From the NCBI RefSeq assembly GCF_006345805.1, contig NC_043004.1, positions 56,110,001 to 56,174,000 of the forward strand: a DNA stretch of 64,000 bases. Reading direction: 5' to 3'. The notes beneath the pieces are model-generated. The model ran no database searches. It was not told where the DNA came from and was given only the letters and a program-made list of their open reading frames with translations. Every line of letters begins with the position of its first letter. Within the stretch, counting starts at the first letter, position 1. This DNA comes from Octopus sinensis (Eukaryota). Of this stretch, positions 52,910-64,000 are shown in pieces. Position numbers and translations under genes: made by a program.

Positions 52910-54632
52910 GCTATGAATATTATATATAAATCTGTATGTTAACACAAACACATATATATGTATAAATATATATATATATATATATAATATATATATTATA
53001 TAATTATATATATATATTATATTATATATATATATATAATATATATATACAAACATGCATACATGCATATACATATATATATATTATATACACCACACAA
53101 ATACACTCACACACACACACACTTTTTATATATATATAATATATATATTCGTATTCGAAATTTGCCAATTTACAATATCACTCTTCCAATATACCAGAAA
53201 GCATGTGGTTAGATTCTCAGCAGAAATGCTTGCCTCTATGCTTATAAATAATAAATGGTTCTACTGTCATATTCATACATAATGAGTACATCGTGATGCA
53301 ATGAAGTAACTGATGTAACGTTATTGCAATTATAATAACAAAGTGACAAATATTATTACAATTTAATCTGTGGCAAATGTGTAAGTCTGAGTGGAATATA
53401 AATATATGGTGGGAATTCCATGAGATGTGCTTATATAGAAAACTAAGTAACAAAAAAGTGATGGCGTATATGTGTTGAAATATCATTAACGTTCATTGGT
53501 TTGATGAAGAACTATATAGTCCACCCTTAAGGATTACTGATAACTTTTGCGGTGACTTTATTTAATTTGAAGAAGATTTGCGCGCCCGCATTCTCATTCT
53601 CACATCTGTAGCCATCTTCAATCCAGTGGAAAATCCGTGTCAAGGCGAGTGGAGATCGAAACGGATGCAGTCAATGATCAAGATATCTTACTTGCCTCAT
53701 CTTGATCTCTGCTCCACACATTACGTTGCTCTAGCCACATTTTCCGCAGTTGAGTCATGAAGAATCTGCCGGCTCCAGTCTTCGCATGCATATATAAGTA
53801 AGCCCTAATATGTTAATTAATATATAACTGGGACCCTGACAAGTGTTGCTACTCTGAGTAGACCTTGGAACATTAGCGGCTGATACTGAAGTAAGAAGAG
53901 AGAACGACTTGAAACAAGGTTAATAGAATTATATACACATCGTAATATAAGCTTAAAATATAGGAGCAAATGCGATGGTAGAATGTGGAAGCTGGGACAA
54001 CAAGACAGAAGACAAAGAATTAGTTTGTGCATATATTAGGTTTTTATTGAATAATGATTTCTTTATAAAGAACTCATAAACGATGACTTACATATTAATT
54101 GTTAATACGTTCCGGTAAATTTGAACGCAAATATGATAATCGCTGTAATGTACATTACAAAATTATAGATTTTCCTTTTTACGGCGTTCAGTATATACTC
54201 GATTTAATGGTGCAAAGATTCTAGGACATTGGTATTACGACATGTGTGTCATCAACCAGAAGTACTCGGCTTTGTTAATATTCTCAGCGAACAAGCAGTT
54301 CGATGATCAATTCTAATATCTGTCAAGCAGAAATAAATTCTTATTTGCACTGTGGCCAGCAAGATCATAATTATTAGTTAGGAAATCATTATTGTATTGT
54401 TAATTGCTTCTACGGTGATCTTGTTTCCTTGTGTATAGAAAACATTGCACTGATTTATCTAAGTTCTAAAATTCTATGTTAACAATATATGAAATTTAAA
54501 GAAAGAGTCAGTAGAGCAGAACAAAAAAAGGCCAGCATTACCTTTCGCTATTTGCTATATCGATGAAAGATATCCATCATCCTTTCGTCAAAGGTGTATA
54601 GCCTTTCCTGCAAATTTTAATTAATTCGAACA

Positions 54633-54993
54633 ACTCTCTTTTACTCTCTTTTACACCGAGACTTATTCTTTGTAAGCCCAGTACTTATTCTATCGGGCTC
54701 TTTTGCCGAACCGCTAAGTGACGGGGACGTAAAACCACCAGCATCGATTGTCAAGAAATGCTAGGGAGACAAAGACAGACACACAAACACATACACATAC
54801 ATACATATATATATATATACATATATACGACGGGCTTCTTTCAATTTCCTTCTTCCAAATCCACTCACAAGGCTTTGGTCGGCCCGGGGCTATAGCAGAA
54901 GACACTTGCCCAAGGTGCTACGCAGTGGGACTGAACCCGGAACCATGCGGTTAGTTAGCAAGCTACTTACCACACAGCCACTCCTGTGCCTAT
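54633..54993 (-). mobile_element. SINE-A with a deletion near the tail
   Basis: Tail joins directly to ACTTATTCTTTGTAAG. Confidence 0.88.
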
Positions 54994-55267
54994 GAGGTTA
55001 TAACTAGTGAGGTTATTTTCTATATTCGAGAAATAATCAGGTTCATAGTATAGCCGTGCTGACGAAGGTGGCGAGTTGGCAGAATGGGCAACATATTTAG
55101 TAGTGTTTCTTCCTGCTTTACGTACTGCGTTTAGATTCCACCGAGATCCACTATGCCATTCATCCTTTCGCGTTGAGAAAATAAGTAACAGTACCAAACT
55201 TAAAAAGGAATTCAGGACTGTGGCTATAATAGAAAGAATTTATATGATACTTTCGATATCTAAGATG

Positions 55268-56178
55268 CCGTAAATCCTCGAAGATAATCCGCATTTTAAT
55301 CCCAAAATCTAAAGGGCAAAATCTTTATACGAGGTTAAAAATGAAAATTATTTTCTAAGCAATGTCCGAGTCTGTATTTGCTGTCCGGCAATGTTTATTC
55401 AGACGTGCTTTGTGATGTCGGGCGCGAAAATACCTTAAGCTAAGCCTGAAAGCAATGAAGTCCTAAAAGAATCATACATAACTTGCAATAAGCAACATTT
55501 ATTAAACATTATTACTGTTATTACTGTTATTTCTTTATCTTCTGCAAACAAAATGCACAAAAAAGCTACACGTTTGCAATATGTTATGGACATAACATGG
55601 AAGCACTCCGTCGGTTACGACGATGAGTGTTCCGGTTGATCCGACCAACGGAACAACCTGCTCGTGAGATTAACGTGTAAGTGGCTGAGCACTCCACAGA
55701 CACGTGTACCCGGAACGTAGTTCTCGGGATATTCAGCGTGACACAGAGAGTGACAAGGGCCGGCCCTTTGAAATACAGGTACAACAGAAACAGAAGAAAG
55801 AGTGAGAGAAAGTTGTTGGTTGAAAGAGTACAGCAGGATCACCACCATCCTGCGGAACCTCGTGGAGCTTTAGGTGTTTTCGCTCAATAAAACACTCACA
55901 ACGCCGGTCTGGAATCGAAATCGCGATCCTACGACCGCGAGTCCGCTGCCCTAACCACTGGGCCATTGCGCCTCCACGCAATATGTTATATATACAATAA
56001 TAATATAGGACGTTACCGTATACAGTTTTACAAACCAAGGACGTTATATAGACCTCCTTGAATTAAGTTAGAGAAGGGGTGCGTATTATACGAAAGGTTT
56101 AGGTTTTTCAGAGGTACAGCCCCCTAAAAATCCCCTGCGTATTATACTCAAGGATGGACTATACTCGAGGATTTACGG
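55268..56178. mobile_element. pogo/Tc2-like non-autonomous DNA element containing a SINE-B
   Basis: Inverted ends CCGTAAATCCTCGA (14 identical, then partial); TA on right, TG on left. Confidence 0.65.
55599..55975 (-). mobile_element. SINE-B
   Basis: Near consensus; TSD GCAATATGTTAT at 55576-55587 and 55978-55989. Confidence 0.9.
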
Positions 56179-56793
56179 TATATGAAATTTACGGCGTGAT
56201 TAAATAGGAAATGAAAAGTGTGGCTTTATGAAACGCAGGCTCCTAGTTTGCGTAACTACACATTTTGAAGTAAGACTTTATTTTGTATACACTACATTCA
56301 TTTATATTGAAATAAGAATTAATACTATATTCTTCGCAACTTTTACAATCGCATGCACTTTTAGTTGTCCTTAACCAGATTTCCGCGTTTACATAATGTG
56401 CAAAATCGACCAGACAAGAACTTTATGGAAAGAGGGTTAGTGTTCGTTAGTGTTCTGAGCCGCTTAAACTATAATACAATGGTCCATAATGGTATTGCAA
56501 ACACAATATTACTAGATATTTTCCGAAGTAAAATGATATGCTAAACAGTATATTATTATTTATAGGCACAACGATACTAAGCAAAATGCAAATTTCTATG
56601 TTTTAGAGACAAATTTTTGCGCAGAGATAAATTAAGAGTTGTAATAAATGTCAGTAGATTGGTAATAGTACGTTACTACATTGGTAAGAATACACTGGCT
56701 TCTGATGCAAACCATTCAGGAGGGATATGGAAATTCAGTGAGTTAGCTTAACATATGTAAACGACTTATTACATTCACACGTTCTGATAAACA

Positions 56794-56830
<37 letters not shown>

Positions 56831-56985
56831 ACGCACACACACATACTCACAAACACAGACACACACACACAACACACACACACGCACATATATATATGCA
56901 TATATATATATATTATATATATATATATTATATATATGTATAGATATAGATATACGCATACCATAATATATGCATATATATTATA

Positions 56986-57377
56986 CTAGCAGTATTGCCC
57001 GGCGTTGCTTGGGTTTGTTTCGACACTTTAGAATTGAAATTTTTGAAAAGTAAAAATTTTGCATTATGTATCTTGATATTCTATTTAAGTGAACATTTTT
57101 CTGGTTGAAATACACCGAAAAATGGCAACACAGCAGTAAAAAAATCGTAAAAAATAGGGATTTTCATAGAATAAAAGCACCTTTTTGATGTAAATAATTT
57201 TTGGTATTAACATGATCCGATTTGAATTTTTTCTTCCATGGAATGAAGAGCAAGCCTTCTTCTATCACACTCTCAATTTTAGTCAACTTTCGCTACAGGG
57301 TCTCGGAGGAGATAGTGTTAGTTGAAGGCTACCAAGCCTGCCACACACACAGACAACTTCTGCTGTATATGTAAACA
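56986..57377 (-). mobile_element. Non-autonomous Helitron-like element
   Basis: CTAG end and hairpin (GCCCGGCGTTGCTTGGG) match 17326-17625; 5' end similar but diverged; different interior. Confidence 0.7.
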
Positions 57378-57421
57378 CACCCAGCATCGCTTGTCAAGCA
57401 AGTTGGCAGTGACATATATAC

Positions 57422-57506
<85 letters not shown>

Positions 57507-58049
57507 ATAATATATTTATATATATATTTATATATTATATATATATAGATATTATTTTCTAATTATATATATTATTCATGCAATTTACGCATGCTTGTAC
57601 GCGTGGTGAACACAGTTTACTTCAAACAGCTGACTGAGTAAAGTTCACTATTCAATGCATGGTATAAGGCCTTTTTGATTTTTGCACTTGAGAGATGAAT
57701 TTCGGAACAGAAATAGCGCAGTTCAATTTTCATTCGCCTAAAGTTTAAGTGACCCATTTTTGGTGGTTCTACGATTTGTTGGCTAGGAGGAGATGTGCCG
57801 GGAAGTTAAACACACAGACACACATACAGATACACACACAGTCGCACAAGTTGAGTTATATATATATATATGTAACGAACTTCGTGAGTGAATATATCTT
57901 CTCTTGTACTTTCGGGGTACAAGAAAGCAAATCACTAGCCGTTGCTTTAATAATCCAGATTCTCTACCAGTCAGAAACAACAAGACGCAGACGTAAAAGA
58001 TATATATACTACTTTATTCTCTTTCTTGGTAACAGTAACAATAAGTGGT

Positions 58050-58460
58050 TATCTGATGTCCTTGGTTCGGGGCGCGCAAGGCTGAAAGTTAATCGATTGT
58101 AATATTTACAATGTTCAGCCGCTAAAAACAGAACGGGTTCAAGATGGCGTCGAACAGGGAAGATGAATGTGGTCGGCAACAATTTGGTGAAAACCTTCGG
58201 CCGACTGCTATCAGAGCTGGACAGAGAGAATATACGTGTAGTACCTTCGATAGCCATGTCCCAAGTCCCCGCTGACTGCTGCTAGCGGTCAAACGTTCTA
58301 CGACCCCCTTGCCTTGGCTAACTACCACGTAGGCAAAAGGGTCGTGCTTCCGGTGGTTCGCGCATGCGCGAGAGGGCCCTTCCTTTCTGTGCGTTGGTGA
58401 AGGCACCAACACTCGCACGCGCGAAATAGAAAATGGACGGTGCGCGCGCGCGCACCGTTA
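58050..58460. promoter_or_regulatory. CpG-rich, TATA-less promoter-like island
   Basis: Highest CpG density in unique sequence; NRF1-type CGCGCATGCGCG 58359-70, ETS-type CTTCCGG 58347-53, YY1-type AAGATGGCG 58141-49, 22-bp palindrome 58437-58458. Confidence 0.6.
58245..58257 (-). CDS. Candidate first coding exon segment (MAIE-G..)
   Basis: GACATGG start context ~90 nt downstream (minus strand) of the ETS motif, followed by AAG|GTACTA donor. Confidence 0.3.
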
Positions 58461-58533
58461 TAGGATCACTACATATATATATACATTCGCCTATATATAT
58501 GTGTGTATATATATATGTATATGTATATATATC

Positions 58534-58580
<47 letters not shown>

Positions 58581-58956
58581 TACAAACTGGAACAAGAACG
58601 CAAAACATTTAGAAGACGATACAAAAAGCACGGACAGGACATTCGAAGCCTTCTTGCCGTGACGACTGCTAAGCACGAAAGGCCAGCAATCGGTCAGTCA
58701 GTCACGTGTGAGGAGAAGGGAGAGGAAAAGAGGGACAGGGGAATTAAGGAGGGGGAGAAGTGAGAGAAAGAGGAAGAACAAGGAACCAAGGAGGAAGAGA
58801 AGAGAGAGAGAGAGCGAGAAAGAGACAGATCAAAGTGAAGTGCAAAGTGAGAAAGGCAGAGAAATGTAGGAGAGGGAGAAGAGACAATGTTATAGAGTCG
58901 TACCAAGTTTAAAGAAATATGTACTTACATATAAGACAAAAGGATACGTGCGTCGC

Positions 58957-58989
<33 letters not shown>

Positions 58990-59210
58990 GTAAAAAATTA
59001 CAAACTGGGACAAGAACGCAAAACATTTAGAAGACGATACAAAAAACACGGACGGGACATTCGAAGCCTTCAATCTTCAGTCAAGAACCGGATCATCCTT
59101 GCAATTTCGACTGATTAATCTTGAGATTGCTCCGATTTGGCCAGCCACAAGGAAAATCTAAGCTAAGCGCATTAAATTCCTTGGAGAAGAAGCCTCGAAT
59201 GTATACAAAA
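58581..59210. repeat. Dispersed repeat with a 73-bp direct duplication
   Basis: 58581-58653 vs 58999-59071 (70/73); both follow microsatellites. Confidence 0.7.
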
Positions 59211-59353
59211 AAGACAAAAAAACGGACGATGTTACACGAATGGGGATACAAAAATACGTAAAAACAATAATGATAATGATAATAACAAAAACAGGAAGAT
59301 ACACATACATATATATTATATGTATATATAGGAAAAAGAAGAAAACAGATTTT

Positions 59354-59693
59354 GTAGTTAATAGTTTATTATCAGCAACAAATTTATCATTATCCCTTAC
59401 AATTGTCTTATTTATAAAGAGTGAAATTAATTAAATGTTAAATTCATATTTCTGAGCATGATCTCTTCAGCAAGAAAATACATACCCTCAGATCTTATGT
59501 GTTTGGTTGTAGATTCATTGTAGCAGATGAATTTACAAAGAAATATACATAACATCTAAGGGTATATTTTTTCTCATTGAAGAGATTATGCTAAGAAATA
59601 TGAATTTAACATTTAATTAATTTCCCTGTGTATAATTGAAACAGCTGTAAGCGATAATGATCAGATTTTTTTTTATAATAAACTCTTATTTAC
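59354..59693. repeat. ~340-bp imperfect foldback palindrome
   Basis: Arms pair outwards from TTGTAGATTCAT-tgtagcag-ATGAATTTACAA; 30-bp perfect stretch GAAATTAATTAAATGTTAAATTCATATTTC. Confidence 0.85.
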
Positions 59694-59965
59694 TTCAAAG
59701 TCTCCATTGTTTTCTTCTTCCTTTGCATGAATATAAACTACAGTTTATGTACAGGCCTTATTATTTTGAGGGAAACAATTTTCCCCAAAATATAAGGTAT
59801 TGAACCAGTATTTACTTAGATGACACCATCTCTTCATGAGGCTAATACATCCTCTAACTTCATTATACATACACACATACACACACATACACACTTATAC
59901 AAACACACACACACGTCTAAATTTACATCTATATCTATATCTATATCTATATCTATCTATCTATT

Positions 59966-60007
<42 letters not shown>

Positions 60008-60030
60008 CATATATCCTCCTTCCTTTAAAA

Positions 60031-60349
60031 GACTCCGCCGGTTACGACGACGAGGGTCCCAGCTGATACGATCAACGGAACAGCTTGCTCGTGAAATTAA
60101 CGTGCAAATGGCTGAGCATTCCACAGACACGTGTACCCTTAACGTAGTTCTCGGGGATAATCAGCGTGACACAGAGAGTGACAAGGCTGACCCTTTGAAA
60201 TACAAGTACAACTCATTTTTGCCAGCTGAATGGACTGGAGCAACGTGAAATAAAGTGTCTTGCTCAAGGACACAACGCGTCGCCGGGAATCGAACTCACA
60301 ACCTTACGATCATGAGCCGAATGCCCTAACCACTAAGCCACGCGCCCTC
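60031..60349 (-). mobile_element. SINE-C, full length
   Basis: tRNA head GAGGGCGCGTGGCTTAGTGG, CORE TGTGTCCTTGAGCAAGACACTT, tail shared with SINE-B. Confidence 0.9.
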
Positions 60350-60421
60350 ACATATACATATATATATATAGATTGATTGATAGGTTGAAAGATAGCCAGA
60401 TGGATAGAGATAACGATAAAT

Positions 60422-60540
<119 letters not shown>

Positions 60541-61023
60541 GAGGTAGGTAGGTAGGCAGGCAGGCAGGCAGGTCAATATATATATACTGCTTAGTAGACA
60601 ATTATTGGCTGATAGACATTCAGGTGTCGAATAGTGGCTGCTCGAGAGATAATTGTATAGATAGCAATATAGGCAAATAAATAGATGAATAACTTGGGCG
60701 ATAAATGTGCTTGCTTCTGCTAAAAGGAGAAGGTACGTAACTAATGAACTGTTTACCACAGAGTTGATCGTAAGTTTGTTTTTGCTTCTTATCTTTGACT
60801 TCATCCAATTATTCATAAATTCCATCAGCTTCTTCATCATTAACATCATGAAACAATTATTTAAATGATGATAGATTCAATATTATTGTATATCATTAAT
60901 ATACAGGAATATCGAATTTATGAAACCAGTTCGTGTGGTGTTTGAAATTAACTAGATGCATCGTTTGAACAAAACAATGAATCATTGCACAACTCTTTTC
61001 TAGTTATTATTTACTGGTTCCTA

Positions 61024-61425
61024 AGGCCACCAGCTGGCAGAACCGTCAGCACGCCGGGCGAAAGGCTTAGTGGTATTTCGTCTGCCGTTACGTTCTGAGT
61101 TCAAATTCCGCCGAAGTCGACTTTGCCTTTTATCCTTTCGGGGTCGATAAATTAAGTACCGGTTACGCACTGGGGTCGATCTAATCGACTTAATCTGTTT
61201 GTCTGTCCTTGTTTGTCCTCTCTGTGTTTAGCCCCTTGTGGGTAGTAAAGAAATAGGTATTTCGTCCGTGTCTTTACGTTCTGGGTTCAAATTCCACTGA
61301 AGTAGACATTGCCTTTCATCCTTTTATGGTCGATATATTAAGTATCAATTGAGCACAGGGGGTAGATATAATCGATTTAACCATTCTCTCGGAGTTGCTG
61401 GTCCTGTGCCAACATTTGAAACCAT
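61024..61425 (+). mobile_element. Two SINE-D bodies in tandem with different tails
   Basis: GGTATTTCGTC occurs at ~61073 and ~61256, each followed by a D body. Confidence 0.8.
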
Positions 61426-62701
61426 TATTTATCGATCCTTGGCTTTCGTTGGAATTTGGGATGCAAATGGCTAGGATTTGTAATGTGGTACTTTTGCGAC
61501 TGCATCAGTATAATAATATTAGTCACATCATTATATGATGTTAGGGGATTTTAGACACATCGTTAAATGATGTCAGGGGAGATAGTGCTTTGATGGCGTG
61601 AAAAAAATGTCTAAACTACTAATTATTCGTTTATAGGAGGTTATTATATTTTCTATTCTTTTTATTTTCAGATTAAATGCAGACTATCTACTTGTTGTAT
61701 ATACTGAAATCTAGCGTAATCAGTAGGTACCAGCTAATCACCTTTAAACACATTTAAATTTCACACTACTGTTATAAGCAGAAGAATGCTTTCAGACTAA
61801 GTAATTTCAAAAGTGTAGCATCAACGCAACAAAATCATCCTTAAGATTAATACCTTTCTATTTACTTAATAACGTCTTGACAGAAAATGAGATTAACTTT
61901 AAAAAGTGTAGAAATTCGAATAGATGTTTAAGTGATATTTATTTATTTATGTATTATGTATTTAAATATTTATTGATAATATTTGTTTTTCTTCACATTT
62001 ATTACTATAGACATTTAGATGGAATTCTGTAGCTTTTATAAATAATTTTATTTCTATAGATTTTTACAGAATTTGTAATTGGCTTCAGACATACAAATCT
62101 TGGCCGACTGGAAATTATTTTAAGAAATATATCATTCAAAAATTTTACTTTAGAGGACAAAAGGTTGTTTTTCAAGACGTATTTCCCAACGCATATCTTA
62201 GTACATGACGTAGTGGTTAAGGAACTGGGTTTTACTTTGGTTCCTTTTGGCTTTACATACATCTCAGCAAGTTGCTTTATGAGTAGTTAGAACTGAGTGA
62301 AATGATAATAATGGTAATAATATACTAGGAAGTTGTTTATGGTGATGGGAGGCAAAAGAGAAATAGGAGTGAAGTATGTGTTTGTAGGGTGTGGGTTGAT
62401 AAAAAGTTATGGTAAGGAAATTAATTTGGTTGGATGCTGGTAGTTTGTTACTGATAAAGTTCAGTAAAGCGTACAAGTCATTGAGTAAATATGTGTCAAA
62501 ATCAGATCACGAAATGCTTTGTTGGTTTGTAGAAACTGTTGGCAACACATCATTGGTCAGATTTAGGCAGATTTAAAGTTGCTGTTATTCGATTTCTATT
62601 TAGAAATTTTAAACTGGGTCCTTTGATAATGTTTGGAATTAGGAGAGTATAAATATTTATTGGAGTTATCTGGTCTGTTTTTAGCGTAGCAATTTATATC
62701 T

Positions 62702-62852
62702 ATTTCTTTACTACCCACAAGGGGCTAAACACAGAGAGGACAAACAAGGACAGACAAACGGATTAAGTCGATTATATCGACCCCAGTGCTTAACTGGTAC
62801 TTATTTAATCGACCCCGAAAGGATGAAAGGCAAAGTCGACCTCGGCGGAATT
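62702..62852 (-). mobile_element. SINE-D 3' part
   Basis: Near-identical reverse complement of the 61105-61255 segment. Confidence 0.88.
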
Positions 62853-63081
62853 ATTGTTGACGAAGGCATACACCTAATTCAACAACGTTATCTATACATC
62901 CACACGAAAAGGGTGATGCATTTTTCCATGGGTTAAAATCTTCTACAATTTTACAAGGAAATATATATGTATAAACAATATAACAATATAGCAATACGTA
63001 TGTGCCTGTAACCAAATACCTACAAAGAGCCTTGTCCGTTTATATGTGTATATACTAACATATAGATATATACGGATTTGA

Positions 63082-63312
63082 AGGCAGTGAGCTGGCAGAA
63101 ACGTTAGCACGCCGGGCGAAATGCGTAGCCGTATTTCGTCTGCCGTTATGTTTTGAGTTCAAATTCCGCCGAGGTCGACTTTGCCCTTCATTCTTTCTGG
63201 GTCGATAAATAAAGTACCAGTTACGCACTGGGGTCGATGTAATCGACTTAATTTGTTTGTCTGTCCTTGTTTGTCCCCTCTATGTTTAGCCCTTTGTGGG
63301 CAGTAAAGAAAT
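63082..63312 (+). mobile_element. SINE family D, full length
   Basis: tRNA-like head, central GTCGACTTTGCC.TTCAT.CTTTC.GGGTCGATAAAT.AAGTACCAG block (Meta-domain-like from memory, unverified), TAAAGAAAT end. Confidence 0.88.
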
Positions 63313-63567
63313 ATATATACGTATATGTACATGTGTATACATATAAATATAGCAAACACACACACATATATATATACACTGTGTGTGTACATGCATACAC
63401 ACAAGCAAGCACATATGCACCTATATACGCATACATTTCTACGTATGTACACCCTTCTTTAGAAATCAACAAATATGTATATATAAGTATATGTTTGTGT
63501 CTGTGTGTATATATATATATGTGTGTGTATGTATGTATATAGGTATATATGTTTATATACATACATA

Positions 63568-63598
<31 letters not shown>

Positions 63599-63690
63599 GT
63601 ATGTATACTGCTTTCTTTAAATTAAGGATGGTGAATTCTTTATATTCTCTTTAGCACCTCTTTCTGAGAAGGCGTTTATATTTTTAAAAT

Positions 63691-63923
63691 TCTCTTATTC
63701 TTTAACTTGTTTCAGTCATTTGACTGTAGCCATGCTGGAGCTTGGCCTTTAGTCGAGCATATCGACCCCAGGACATATTCTTTGTAAGCCTAGTACTTAG
63801 TCTATCGGTCTCTTTCGTCGAACCGCTAAGTTACGGGTATGTAAATACACTAGCATCAGTTGTCAAGTGATGTTGGAAAGACTAACACGGACACAGACAG
63901 GCAGACAGACACACATACACAGA

Positions 63924-63972
<49 letters not shown>

Positions 63973-64000
63973 GGGTTTCTTTCAGCTTCCGTTTACTAAA
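63691..64000 (-). mobile_element. SINE-A (cut by window end)
   Basis: 3' module and linker recognisable. Confidence 0.85.

Noticed and set aside
53202-53242. 41-nt phase 1>0 segment that would link exon 1 to 43439
   Set aside because: Weak splice signals (CATAG, GTATAT); chosen after the fact to fit phases
54542-54607. 66-nt minus segment with good acceptor and AAG|GTAATG donor
   Set aside because: Stops in all three frames; could at most be a UTR exon
58009-58418. ORFs 58009-58257 and 58122-58418 as genes
   Set aside because: Short, no recognisable domain, expected in GC-rich sequence

Overview
AT-rich, microsatellite-dense animal genomic DNA. The SINE families, (TA)n/(TCTA)n/(CA)n density and TE set suggest a coleoid cephalopod, probably Octopus (inference). 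No long host ORF is present and most ORF-track entries are simple-repeat or TE artefacts. The window is dominated by four tRNA-headed SINE families (my labels A-D) that share modules, Tc1/mariner elements (MITEs, two maT-like copies, and a mariner with perfect TIRs nested in one maT copy), two small Helitrons (one with an empty-site paralogue in the window), a young CR1 LINE fragment, an R4/Dong LINE 3' end, and Penelope-like (PLE) relics. Hand folding shows several hammerhead-ribozyme (HHR) motifs. The most notable are a 238-bp HHR unit in tandem inside a SINE's internal (TA)n, and a 2.3-kb element with 119-bp HHR-derived inverted arms that holds the CR1 and splits another SINE. A CpG-rich promoter-like island lies at about 58.05-58.46 kb. 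Three phase-compatible minus-strand micro-exon candidates suggest much of the window is intronic to an unidentified minus-strand gene. There is one 100-N gap. All alignments and folds were done by eye; no searches were run.
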